Assembly (NCBI GenBank): GCA_965240325.2
Contig: OZ251222.1
Location: 806,001-870,000 of the forward strand
DNA: 64,000 nucleotides
DNA from: Rebecca billardiae RCC1528
Lineage: Eukaryota > Protista > Haptophyta
Direction of reading: 5' to 3'
Positions 23,201 to 34,888 of the stretch are shown one piece after another (within the stretch, counting starts at the first letter, position 1; each line of letters starts with the position of its first letter). The notes under the pieces were generated by a model. The model was not told the DNA's origin, ran no database searches, and worked only from the letters and a program-made list of their open reading frames with translations. A program made the translations under genes and the position numbers.

Positions 23201-23211
23201 GACGACCGCAT
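20208..23211 (-). CDS. Multi-exon secreted/membrane-anchored RTX (hemolysin-type Ca2+-binding GGxGxD) repeat protein
   Basis: Signal peptide MRSSSALLAVLLAAAAASPAVA. Many GGxG(D/N)D repeats across exons (GGAGNDYLVG, GGSGDDEIWG, GGTGDDKLYG, GGSGDDYMHG, GGDGDDTILG, GGEGDDYVKG, GGKGYDLIYG). Last exon has RKLL and a hydrophobic helix LALAAGAALALLAVLVLAV-RKYR. GTGCGC..CAG introns (e.g. 22919-22720) restore the frame. Confidence 0.85.
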
Positions 23212-25359
23212 TGTGAGGTGCCCCTTGCCGCGAGGCCCCGAAGTCACGAAATCTTGGTCACCCCACCCAACCGCGCTGGCGAGCTAACGAGCCTCACCGG
23301 CGCGCGCCTCGCTGCGCCTCGAGTGAGGGCGTTCTGATATTGAGGAGGAGGAACAGATGCCGCACTCGGCACTGATGAATATGGAAGGTGCCATTTCAGA
23401 CTGTCTCTTGAGAGCATTACTTATGAGAAGGGTTTATACTCATTTATACTTCCCATATCATAGACGAATCGATCGACGGGTGCAAAGCGTATGGGGGTAC
23501 AGTAATGCGCCCTTCTATCATAACCGTCGACGATCGGGCACAGACCCGCGTCGTCCTACCTGTGTCGTTAAATCATAGAATGAGTACTACAGTTTATTTA
23601 CTAAGAATAAGAGACGCACACTGTCTCGGTCAGCGGTTTGAGGTTGGGTGGGGGTGGTGAGCAGTGGTTGGTTGGGGGCTCGATCGGGTTGCTTGGACTC
23701 GTGATCTGCGGCGGAGGTTCCTGATCGAGTTCGGAGGGAGGTGATCACGTCAAAGAAATCACGTCCCGACCTCCCTCGCCGGCGCCCGGCCCGTTTGTGG
23801 CCCGCGTGCGTGCGCGAGCGCCCGCCTCGCGTCGCGCGTCCCGCGCGCAGAGCGCGCCCTCGGCCGCGTGCGATGCGGCGGAGTCGAGGGTGGCGTACCC
23901 CTGGCCGCCTCCTCGCGCCGCGCAACGCCGCCCACGCCCACCGCCGCGCAGGCCTGAACGGCCATGGCTTGGGCTTCTCAGCACAGGCTGGCGGCGGCGC
24001 GCCGGGCCAAGGGCTTGGCCGGTGATGCGGCCTCGGCCAGGCCGAGGCTTGGCGGAGGCTTGGGTGTGCCATCGCCCGCCCGGATCGGCCCGGGACTCGC
24101 CGTCAGAGTGTGCATGCGAGGCACGCTGTCGTGGTTCATAGGCGAGGTGCTGCGCGCTAGCCCTCGACGGCGGGCAGCGGACGTCCCGGCAGGCGCGCGC
24201 GCGCACAGCGGGGCTGTCGAGCTGCTTCCGGCTGGTCAGATCGACGGCACATGCCCTGGCCTTGGTCTGGGAGGCGTGCGCGGGTTCGGAGGCCGGTGAA
24301 TGCTCGGCGCGGACCCACGTGTCTTGCCGGGCACGGCTGCGCGACAGCTCGGCAGCCAGTCTCGAGGATGAGCGGCATCAGAGTGTCGCTTGCCGTCGTG
24401 CTGGCGGGCTCAACCACAGGGCCGATGCCCACGCCTTGGCCGGGACGCGACCAGCCCCCGAGTCCTCCGTAGACGCCTTCTACCCTCGAGCAGCCGCCCA
24501 AGGCCCGCGGCCGACGGGCTGCTCCGTCCCGGAAGAGTGGTCTTGTACTGCGGGTATTGTGAAGAGGTTGTGATGGTTGTTGGTGACGCGGGCGTTTCGC
24601 ACGGGCTCGTCCGGTCCCGCGCCTGTGGGAGCGGACTGGTGACGGGCGATCGGCACGGTCGAGGGTGAGAGGCGAGAGACGTAGGCGTATACACGAGCAC
24701 TCAACGACAGCGCGGTCGATGCAGTACCGGCAGCGGCCGCAGCGGCGACGGGCGTAGCACGTGCGAGCGCACGAGGGCGTGAGCTTTTAGCGTGTCATGT
24801 CTAGATTATGATGCGACGGGTTCCGGCGCGTCTGGACTGCATGCACAGCGGTCCGGTCTGATCACGTCAGTCCGGTCTGAATCAGGACCGAGTGAAGAAA
24901 GTCGAGAAATAGAAAATCTGGTCGTAGAGAAAGAAATGAATAAACCACAACCGCGGGCCACGAGGCTCACTGGCTGAACTGAGTCGGAACACTCAACACA
25001 CTACTGCTATGTATTACTCATCACGTGCCGAGGTTCCTTTGGTCTAACCGGCGGCGGCGGCAACCGTGATTAATTTCATCATTGATTCTGAGCCGAACCA
25101 TCAAACGACAACGTCGTTGCTCCTTATTGAATCTCATTGGCCAGAAAAAAATCGCTCGTCAGTAATAACGGTTCGTTATTCGTTTAAAACTCATTAAAAG
25201 CATCCTATTTCCGAAAGAGTTTAGTCTTAGTACGTACTAACGTAGTAGGTCCTAAAGGGCGTGACGACTTTTTTTAGGACGGACGGGCGTCACACTGATT
25301 AGAATGGTGGGCGCGCTCAGGGTGATGTTCCCATCGATAATTAAACTTGCTGTCTCGGG

Positions 25360-25462
25360 ACCAGCCCTGAAAATCGCCCCGTCACTTTTACGTGAGTGGT
25401 TCATGCCCGCGCGCTGCGGGTTCCACGCTGCGCGCTCCGCCCTGCACTGCATCGTGGGCCAT
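25360..25462 (-). mobile_element. Diverged terminal fragment of the 42150-family element
   Basis: CCAGCCCTGAAAATCGCCCC..CCACGCTGCGCGCTCCGCCCTGCAC..GGGCCAT matches 15621-15739 and the reverse complement of the 5' end of the 42150 copy. Confidence 0.7.
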
Positions 25463-25801
25463 CATCTATCGTCGCTGCTAGTACCAAATATTCCGAATAT
25501 ACGCGACTCTGACTCTCGTCGCTCTCGGCCTCTCGAGTCGAGTATATCGCTCTCTACTAAGCAGCTAAGCTAGCAGTAGGCCAGTAGCTAGCCGTTTATC
25601 TCTGCTAGATCTCTCTGTCTGATTAATAAATACTATATAATAAGCTGCTCGTCGTCGCGCGTCTCTCTCTCCGAGATTCCGAGACTCCCTCCGTCTAACC
25701 TAGCTGTTACACACCGACACCATACGTACCGCCACGTAAACTTTATTACTAATTACCGGCTAACGGATGGCCGGATGCTGCTGCAGCGGCACGGTGAACT
25801 T

Positions 25802-26043
<242 letters not shown>

Positions 26044-26131
26044 GACCTGTTGCTGATTATAATATAATTATAAGCTGCCATCATATCAGCTATATGATGT
26101 AGTATAGCTACTAAGTAACTAACCATACTCA

Positions 26132-27805
26132 CTACTCAGTCCGACTCCTAAGTGCTGAGTCCGAGTCGGGCGAGTGCAGCAGCGTTGCAAGCGTGCTGTC
26201 CACGCAGATCATAGCCGGCTGCTGCAGCCTCTCATCAGCGGCACTGATGCCCGTTGCGGTCGTGAGGCGAGCAGCACCGACACCGTCGGTAGCACTACCC
26301 TGCCCGCTGTCCGTCGACGTGACATGAGCATCGGCTGTCACATCAGCACCAGCGTCCGAGCGCACCGCCGACTCAAGCAGCACTGGTACTTGATACTCGC
26401 CGACGACAGCCATACCAGCAGTGTGTACATCATGAAGGCGGATGCGCTGCCCACGTCGGGCTGTAGTGCCATTGAGGAAGAGCCGAGAAAGCTCGAGCTT
26501 GCTCATCCGATAGAGCGCGCCCTTACCAGCCCACCCGCTCGCATGCACGAATGCTGGTCTTGTTGTCGGTGGGGGCGCGGCTTTTCCAGAGGCTGCAGAA
26601 TGCACGCTCACCGCACGCTCCTTGCGCTCCCCGAGTGAGTACGACGGGCCAAACATGTCCAACGGCGCGGGCCGATACACCAAGCCCTTGGAGCGGCCTC
26701 CCTTCAGGAGCCGCGAAGGCACGTAATTGCTTATCGGCCGGCACCTGTGTTTGCGCAGTTCGATGGCTGCGCTGCCGTTGCTGGGCTCATTGCACTCGAA
26801 GAGGTTGAGGAACAGCCTGGAGTGCTCGTCGAGCGTGGCGGGTGGAAGTGGTGGCGGCACGGCGCCAGACTGTGCCATGCTGCTGGGCAGGCTGAACTCG
26901 TGCCGGCGCGTCCCATTCAGCGCGAGGTAGACTGCGGACACGAGCCCCTGCTCCGTCACACGCATGACACTACGCGGAAAAACGTTGTCCTTGTGCGATG
27001 CTAGCATCGCCGGCTGCTCCACCACGCCCGGCTGGATATGCAGGAACTTGTTGCGCTTGTAAAGCCCATGCACGTACGTCCCGAGCCTTCCTAGCGCGCC
27101 CGCGTGCCCAGCGTACATGCCCGCGTTCCGGTAGCAGGTGGCCGAGCGGCGCGTGCACCGCCAGAAGGCCTCGCGCGTCACTCGGCCGATGGGGTCGGAG
27201 CTGCGCGAGCCATACAATGGGCACAGAATGTTTGGGTAGCTGTTGCACTCCGCGCTGAACACCACCTGCCCGACCGGCTCGGCTCGAGCTCCACCGCCCG
27301 TCGCCCTCCCAAGAAGGGCGCCCTCCCCAGAAGCCGCCCTTCCCAGAAGCCCGTCGAACGCGCGGGCGGCCGTGGGCACGTCCGCAGTCACGAGCGTGTC
27401 GAGCCCATCGAGCAGGACGAGCCGCTGCGCGGGGTGGAAGAAGAGAGGCGCTGCGACGCCCATCAGGCGTTGCTTGGTTCTGATCGTGCCCGTCCACTCG
27501 GAGCCCTTGCCGATGAGGACCAGAGGCATCCCGTGCGCAGCGGCTGTGAGGCCGAGCGGCCACAAGTGCGGACCCCCGCCCCTGGTGGGCATGTGAGTCA
27601 GGATCGTGGTGAGGACGAAGGGTGGCGCGTCGGGGGCGTCGGGCTGGCGCATCCAGCGGCGCAGGTCGGCGCAGGTGATACCACCCGCGCTCCTTGCGCT
27701 CCACGCCGCCGCGGCCGAGGATGAGCACGCTATCATCAGCAATGGTGTCATGATGGGTGCCGCGATGCTCATCGGTGATCCGCCAGCTGGAGTGAATGAC
27801 GGCAT
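26132..27805 (-). CDS. PLOD/LH3 glycosyltransferase-domain-like protein
   Basis: Motifs in PLOD GT order: [53 protein letters not shown]; N-terminal hydrophobic segment; start codon uncertain. Confidence 0.65.
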   Translation of the reverse strand: MPSFTPAGGSPMSIAAPIMTPLLMIACSSSAAAAWSARSAGGITCADLRRWMRQPDAPDAPPFVLTTILTHMPTRGGGPHLWPLGLTAAAHGMPLVLIGKGSEWTGTIRTKQRLMGVAAPLFFHPAQRLVLLDGLDTLVTADVPTAARAFDGLLGRAASGEGALLGRATGGGARAEPVGQVVFSAECNSYPNILCPLYGSRSSDPIGRVTREAFWRCTRRSATCYRNAGMYAGHAGALGRLGTYVHGLYKRNKFLHIQPGVVEQPAMLASHKDNVFPRSVMRVTEQGLVSAVYLALNGTRRHEFSLPSSMAQSGAVPPPLPPATLDEHSRLFLNLFECNEPSNGSAAIELRKHRCRPISNYVPSRLLKGGRSKGLVYRPAPLDMFGPSYSLGERKERAVSVHSAASGKAAPPPTTRPAFVHASGWAGKGALYRMSKLELSRLFLNGTTARRGQRIRLHDVHTAGMAVVGEYQVPVLLESAVRSDAGADVTADAHVTSTDSGQGSATDGVGAARLTTATGISAADERLQQPAMICVDSTLATLLHSPDSDSALRSRTE

Positions 27806-29046
27806 CAAATTGCCTGCGCTTCGCGGCGCTGTCTCTGCTATTATTATTTAATATGGGTTGGCGCTGCGCGTCAACTTGGGCTGGAAATTAACCGCCTGTT
27901 TCATCTGAAACGCATGATGGCACGCCGGGCCGGTGGCCCGAGCTCGGAATTCCGACGCTCGGCCATGGGCGCCACAGGGGCGCAGCGGCGGGGCTGACGA
28001 CGCGCGCGCGTGTGCATGTCTGACGACGGAGTGCGCGCTGCAATGACTGGCCCGTCTGCAGCACCCCGCCCCGCGCTGTGAGTGAGAGTGTGGCCCGCGC
28101 CCAAGCGAGAAGGCGGGCCGCGGGCGGCACTCCGCCGACCTCGCCGGCCGCCGACCAGCCCGCGGCCGCCTGCTGCAGCTCGTGGAACACGCAGTCGCGC
28201 GCTCGAGCGTGGAGGGCGGCCCTGCGCGTATGCGCCCGCCGGGCTTGCCGCTTCATTCGCTGGCACCGCAGGCGAGCCGCTCGTCGCGCGCAGTGCAGGT
28301 CGAGCCCTCCGCCGCCACCGAGCCGGCGCCACGCCTCGCGCTCGTGCTCGAGCTGAGGCGGCGCGTGTCGCCCGAGCCGGCGGGTTCGCGCGCGTGCGCG
28401 TGGTGGACAGCCTCGCGCGTGCGCCCGCCGCGCGCCCCGCGTCGCTCGCTTGGCGCCGCACGACGACGTGAGGCCGCGCGAGGTTGCTCCGATGCTCATA
28501 GTCCAATGCAAGATGATACCCGCGTGCCACTATCAGCGCGCCCTTTCGCTCGTGAATTTAGCGAGAAAGAACTTTCTCAGACGGTTCGTGTGAATGTGAA
28601 TAAGGGTGAACTCGCGACACGACGAATGGGCCGATGCGATTCGCGCGAATGTGAGTACGCAAAGCGCCGAACGACGAGCGGTTTTTGACCGAACGACGAG
28701 CGGCTTTATTTGTCCTAGCGAGCGCGTAAGCGGGTACGCGAATTCCGCTTATTAATGTGACCCGGTGGGCCGACGGATGGGTGGGTGGTGACGTGGTGAG
28801 CCGCGTGAAACTCCGTGCCTGCGTGAATGTGTGATAGTGACATGCGCGGGTGCTGTCCCAGCCGCAGGGCACGTGTCGTCAGCAAGATGTACGTCGTCAT
28901 TATGATACGCCCCACGACTGACCGCGGACGATTGATGACTTATAATCAGCCGCCGCGATTCCTGAGCGTAGACTATTCAGTATTCACCCCGGCAACGCAC
29001 CGCACATCAAGCTGGTTGCGCCCGTCCTGCCCTCTGCCAGACACCG

Positions 29047-30495
29047 CTACACGAAGGCGGCAGGTGCAAGGTCATGCGCGATCCACTCCCGCAGGTCGGT
29101 CGGGTCGGTGGGCACTCCGTTGTCCTCCGAGGCCATCGTCGAGAGGGTGTGCACGATCGGTGGCACGTACACGTCGGCGGGCGGTGGCGCGCCCTTGCCG
29201 GCCATGGCGGCGCGCACGTGCCGCGGCCCGAGGAACTTCAACGCGCGCATCCGCGTCATCACGCGCGGCAGCGCCCTGCCCAGCATCTCGCGCTGCCCGT
29301 GCAGCCCCTGGCCGAGCGCAAGGACCGTCGGGGAGATCTTGGCGTCGCGCAGCTCCTCGAGGAAGCACGCGATGAAGCTCACCGAGCACTCGAGCGCGTA
29401 GGTGGTGGCCTGCCCGTGCGGCGGGAGGGCGAGCAGGTTGGGCTCGTTGTGGCACTCCGCCATCATCGAGCTCATCACAGGCACGTCCGCAACCGCGCGC
29501 AGGCCGCGTCCGAGGGCCAGGCTGGCGGAGGCGGCCAAGACAGACGCCCTGACGCGCACCTGAGCGCCGAGCACGAGCAGCTGCCCGCACTGGAAGTCGA
29601 CGAGGGAGGCGCCGATCTGCAGGTGCAGCGCGTCGAGCCCGCCCTCCGCCGCCAGCAGCGCCGCCGACGCGCGCACGTGCCTCCGCACCCAGCGGCACTG
29701 CGCCTGCAGCCTCACCTTCTGGTACAGCAGCTGGTGCTCCTCCCAGCCGATCCAGCCGGCGGTGAGCAGCGCGTGCGAGGGCGACATCGAGGGCGTGCGG
29801 TACTGCAGCGCGTGGAAGTCCTCGATTGCCTCCTCCGCCTCGCGCGCCTCCTTCGCCCGGCCGAGCGCGCGCAGCGCCTGCACCTCGCGGAAGTGCGCCT
29901 TCACGTACTCGGGGCAGCACTTGCATGCGGCGCGCGCGTCCTTGAGCGCGCGCTTGGGCTTGCCGCTCCGGAGGTGCACCGCGGCGCGGTTGCTCAGGGC
30001 GACGGCGGCAGGGCGGTTGGGAACGTTCGCATCGAGGTGCTCGGTGCCGTTGAACACGTTATCGTCCTCGCCGGCGCGCGGGGCGCGCGGCACCTCGACG
30101 CGCAGCCTGCGCGGCGGCGCGTGCGGCAGCTGTGCGAGGACCGAGGAGAGCACGTCCTCGTGCGCGGCGAGCTGGGCGTGCACGCTGCCCTCGGGCCAGG
30201 CGGCGAGCGCGTCGACGAATGCGTCGAAGCTGCCGCCCTCGACGACGCCGAGTGCAATCTCGTGCGCATGCGAGTACATCTTGAGCGCGCGCTCGAGATG
30301 GCCGCTCGCGAGCGCCGCATTGCCGCGCTCCTTCCACCGCTCCCACGCGGGATCAACTTGCAGCGCGAGCGCGTCGGCTACGGAGAAGCGCGACCAGTCG
30401 ACGCGCTTCGGGAACGCCGCGGACGGCGCGCCGTCCTCGTCCTCGTCGCTGCTCTCTGCCAATCCATACCACGGGTCCGGCGGGGACGGCGGCAT
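29047..30495 (-). CDS. TPR-repeat protein
   Basis: WKERGNAALASGHLERALKMYSHA, ALSNRAAVHLRSGKPKRALKDARAA, PEYVKAHFREVQALRALGRAKEA. ATG at 30495; the upstream extension in the ORF track runs through a MITE. Confidence 0.8.
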   Translation of the reverse strand: MPPSPPDPWYGLAESSDEDEDGAPSAAFPKRVDWSRFSVADALALQVDPAWERWKERGNAALASGHLERALKMYSHAHEIALGVVEGGSFDAFVDALAAWPEGSVHAQLAAHEDVLSSVLAQLPHAPPRRLRVEVPRAPRAGEDDNVFNGTEHLDANVPNRPAAVALSNRAAVHLRSGKPKRALKDARAACKCCPEYVKAHFREVQALRALGRAKEAREAEEAIEDFHALQYRTPSMSPSHALLTAGWIGWEEHQLLYQKVRLQAQCRWVRRHVRASAALLAAEGGLDALHLQIGASLVDFQCGQLLVLGAQVRVRASVLAASASLALGRGLRAVADVPVMSSMMAECHNEPNLLALPPHGQATTYALECSVSFIACFLEELRDAKISPTVLALGQGLHGQREMLGRALPRVMTRMRALKFLGPRHVRAAMAGKGAPPPADVYVPPIVHTLSTMASEDNGVPTDPTDLREWIAHDLAPAAFV

Positions 30496-30666
30496 CGCCT
30501 CGCTTGGCGCCCGTGAGGCGTGGTGCACGGCGTCGGGCGCGGGCGGCACGATCTGATGACCGGTCCGGCCGGACGCGTCGCGCGCGAAATTGACAGTGCG
30601 CCAGAAGCCCAGAAGGGGGGGGGTCCCCGCCGACGGCTCGATGGCTGCCGCACGTGCGTGCCCCGC

Positions 30667-31421
30667 GTGCCTTGGGCGTGTACGTGCACGGTAGGGCGTC
30701 CCGACAGCGAGTGCGGGGCGGCGTAGATGGTCTTGTGGGAGGTGCGCCCGTGTGCCGGAGACGCTTCGACACCTTGGTGGCGTGCCCACACCTCTCCTTG
30801 TCGCCGCTCGCCTGCTGCATGCTCGACCAGCCGTGTTGAGAGCACGCCTGTGCGTGCATGGCCAATGCCGGGCGGATCGAGCCGTAGTGAGTGTGCGTGC
30901 GGGTACTCCTACCCGATGCGCATCCCTGACGCCGTCGCAGTAGCTCTTGTACGTCAATTCTAAGCCGTGCACTCGAACCCACGCGACGTGTCAACGTTAT
31001 CATGGTGGTATGCGACATGCTGGCCACTTTTATTTTCAAATAGCGCATTTGACGCCATTCCTCGGCTATTGTTCGCGAGCATGTTGGGCATGTGCCCGGC
31101 TGGATTCGACAGGCTTCACGACGCGCGCGAGGGCTTGCGACAGTGGTAGAGAGACGCATAGGGTAGGAGTACCCGCACGCGCACTCACTACGGCTCGATC
31201 CGCCCGACATTAGCCATGCACGCGCAGGCGTGCTGAGTCCGTGCTCTCAACACGGCTGGTCGAGCACGCAGCAGGCAAGCGGCGACAAGGAGAGGTGTGG
31301 GCACGCCACCAAGGTGTCGAAGCGTCTCCGGCACACGGGCGCACCTCCCACAAGAGCATCTACGCCGCGCCGCCCTCGCTGTCGGGACGCCCTACCGTGC
31401 ACGTACAACGCAATAAGGCAC
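30667..31421. mobile_element. Foldback/MITE-like element with ~250-bp terminal inverted repeats
   Basis: 30679-30920 (TGTACGTGCACGGTAGGGCGTCCCGACAGCGAG..GGGTACTCCTACCC) is the near-exact reverse complement of 31155-31407; ~235-bp spacer; no coding capacity. Confidence 0.85.
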
Positions 31422-31723
31422 AATCCGACTGCTGATGATTCACTGATCACTCTCGACGACTAGGTGAGACGTGAGTGACTGTCGTGAGTGTAGGTCTTCC
31501 CAGCGCAGAGAACTCCGGACACTAGCTTACTCTTGAGAGTGGCAGCACTCTCTGTCTCTCACCGAGTCACCGTCAGTTAGAATAATGCGCTGGCTAGTCG
31601 TCGTGGCAGCACGTCAGCATCACGGATGATCAATGATGACGATCGTGATGCCGCGCCGCCGCGCGGCGGTTCGCCGGACCGCGCTGCGGATGATGAGGCC
31701 CGCAGTGGATCCTGGTGCTGATC

Positions 31724-34546
31724 TCACATGAGGGCGGCAGCGGGCATCTTGGCGCCGGCCGGCGCTCCTCCCGTCACTTGACGCATGCGCGCGCCGAGCG
31801 CAACGCCGATGGCGCCGGCGCCGATGGCGATGGCGAGCGCTGCGCCCAGCGCGGGGAGTAGCCGCGCGTGCCCCTCGTCTCGCGCGCCCGCGCCGAACGG
31901 CGCGGCCGCGCCGCGCTCAGCGCGCAGCGCGCTGCAGGTGGTCAGGTCGTCGCCATCGATCACGAAGGTGACGACAGCGAGCTCCACGGGCAGCGGGCCC
32001 TGAGCGGCGACCTTGTTCCCGACGAGGAGCACGTACGTGTTGTCCGTGCAGTCGAGCGCGAGCTCCGACCCCTCCTGCGGGCTCTGCATCGTGAGCAGGT
32101 ACCGCCCTGGCTGCAGCTCGCCGTTGCCGCTGCCGTCGCCGGCCGTGTGCTGCGAGTAGCCGCACAGCGAGACGCCAAGCGGCTCGTGCACGATGCACGC
32201 GGCATCCTCCTCCTGCGCGCCCGTGTGCTGCCAGATCGACCACGCGGGCTGCACGCCCGTCGGCGAGTCGATGAGCATGGTGTACGGCGTGCCCGGCGGC
32301 GGCGGTGGCGGCGCCGGCGGCGGGTTGGCGGGCGGCGGGCTCGGCGGCTTTGGGTGGCCGGCGATGGTGAACTCGGTCGACTCGGCGTTGGTACTGAACT
32401 GGCTGCCGGACGCGACGAGCTCTCCGTCGACGAAGACCTCGTACTTGCCGGCGCCAAAGTCGCAGCACAGGCCGTCGCCGTGCGAGTCGAAGCTGCCGGG
32501 TGCGCGCGCAGCGGGGCCGGCGCGGGGGCGCGTGCGTGCGCTCACCGTCAGGGCGGCGGGCACGCTTGCGGAGCGGCGCGCTGTGTCGCGTTGTCTCGCG
32601 CAGCGCGCGCGCGCGCCACCCCACGCGCGCACATGGTGAAGGTGTACGTGCCCGCCTCGAGCGTGGCTGTGGCGCCCGTGTCGTGCGCGTCGCCCTCCAT
32701 CACCACGTCGCCGTCCTGCGCGCGCACCTCCCACGAGCTCTCCTCGGGGAACGTGTCATGGGTGACCACCACCTGCACCTCCGCAGACTTGGGCTCGACG
32801 CCGTCCGAGGCGGCGCGGAACGAGAGCAGTGCCTCGCGCTCGAAGGCGGATGCGCGGCCGACGACCTTGCCGTTCGCGCGCAGCGCGACGAAGCCGTTAC
32901 CGTGCGAGCAGCACAGGCCGTCGCCGGCCAAGTCGAGCACCGCGAGCGTGTACCGCCCGGGCGGCACGCACAGCTCCGTGCTGGAGAGCGCGCTCGGCGC
33001 CTCGCCGCGCCCCGAGCCGATCACGCGGAGGCCCTTGTCGCGGATCGCCCACGAGACCTCGCTCGGGTGCTCGTCCGTCTGGCGGCGCGCGCGGCGGCGG
33101 GCGGACGCGCGCGCGTCAGGGGAGGGCGCGCGCCGCGCCGCGCGGGCGCGCGGACGCGCGACGCACCATCAGCTCGAGCGCCAGCGGGACGCACGGCGGC
33201 AGCGGCGGCATCGGCGGCGGCGAGGGCTGCGCTGGCGGGCTCGGCGGCGGCGCGGGCCTGGTCGCCGCGGCTTTCATGTCTGACTGCGCGAGGCGGTTGG
33301 GCTGGTTGTTCGGCTCGCCGTCGCGGTAGCTCGTGGCCGCGAGGATGCCCCGGACCGCCGCCTGGCGCAGCGCGTACCCCACGTCCTTTGGCGCGAGCGA
33401 GCCGTCCTGCCCGCGCACGATGGCGCCCAGGCCCGCCACGTGCGCCGCCGCGACAGACGTCCCCGAGATCGCCTTGGACGCGCTGGCGCTGCCGGTCCAC
33501 GCGGAGGTGACTCCCGAGCCGGGCGCGAAGAGGTCGACGCACGAGCCGAAGTTGGTGTAGCTCGCCGCGTGGTCCGTCTCCGTCGTCGCGCCCACGGCGA
33601 ACGCCTCCGTGGCGGAGGCGGGCGAGTGCGAGCACGCCGCATCCGCATCGTTGCCCGCGGCGGCGACGACAAAGATGCCAGCCCTGTGCAGCTTGGCGAT
33701 GGCCTCGTTCTCGAAGTGCGAGGTGGGCCCGCTGAAGCTCATCAGCAGCACCTTGGGCGCCCCTCCCGCGTCGTGCGACAGCGCCCACTCCATCCCCTTC
33801 AGCACGTCGGACAGCCGGCCGGCGCCGTCGCAGCCGAGCACGCGGACGGAGTGCACGCGCGCCTGCTTTGCGACGCCGTGGCTCGTGCCGCAGCACGTGC
33901 CGGCCGTGTGCGTGCCGTGGCCGGAGCAGTCGGACGGCTCGTGGTCGCCGTCCACGAAGTCCGAGCCTGCCTCGAGCCGCCCCTCGAAGTCCTCGTGCTC
34001 CGCGTTGATGCCCGAGTCGAGCACATACACGTGCACGCCGCTGCCCTGCGCGGCAAACGACGACTTGCCGTCGAGCGGCAGCGCGGGCTGGTCGAGGCGG
34101 TCGAGCCCCCAGGGCACGGCGACCGGGGTACCCGCGGCGTTCACGGGCACGTCGGACTCCACGGCCATGCCGAGGCTGCTCAGGTACTTGGTCGCTGACG
34201 GCTCCATCTCCACCGCCATGCCCTCGAACAGAGCGCCGTACAGGCGCTTCACCGTGATCGCGCCCTCGGGCAGGAAGGCGACGGCGGCTGCCGCGAGCTC
34301 ATCCACCCCATCCATTCCCACGACCTTCTCCCCGGAAGGCGCGCGGAACCCGCGCGCCTCGATCACGGAGCGGAAAGCGCTCGGCAGGCGTGAAGCGTCG
34401 CCGCCAATCATCGCCGCAAAGCTGACGACAAACTGCTGCCTGGCCTGATGTGCAGAGCGGGTGGAGAGCCGCCGGTCGGCCAGGTGGACGGGTTCGGCCC
34501 CCATGGTCACCGACAGCCCGACCGCGAGTGCGGCGAACACCCTCAT
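31724..34546 (-). CDS. Subtilisin (S8A, proteinase K-like) with signal peptide, prodomain, two DGLCC beta-domains and a C-terminal TM helix; exons 34546-33167, 33078-32633, 32493-31724
   Basis: [16 protein letters not shown] (Asp), HGTHTAG (His), [16 protein letters not shown] (Ser). Two GT-AG introns restore ..LELM|[10 protein letters not shown].. and ..YTFTI|[10 protein letters not shown]..; C-terminal [19 protein letters not shown]. Confidence 0.9.
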
Positions 34547-34888
34547 CCCTCAAGCCTCAGGGGACGCCCAAAGTTGACCAGCCGTGAGCCACCACGCAGC
34601 AGCTGTCCACCCTGCCGCCCAGTTGCGCGAGGAGGGAGCTGGGCAGCCCAGCTTTCGATCGGCGCCGCCGCCGCCGCCGCGCGCCCGCGTGTCCGGGACG
34701 CTGCGAGCGCTCCGCGTTCATGGGATCCTGAGACTTCGTGAGACTTCCCCATAGAGATCTGCGATCCCAATTGTCGGTGTTTCATAACGTTCTGTCACTT
34801 CTGCTTACTTCCATACAGAAAGAAAACGTCCGGACTGCTCCGGATCGACACTCGAGTGCATCGGGGCTCGGCCCGCGTGTCATCATCC

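Noticed and set aside
27888-28530. Possible small spliced gene on the minus strand
   Set aside because: Intron-like GC tracts are present, but no convincing exon chain or homology.
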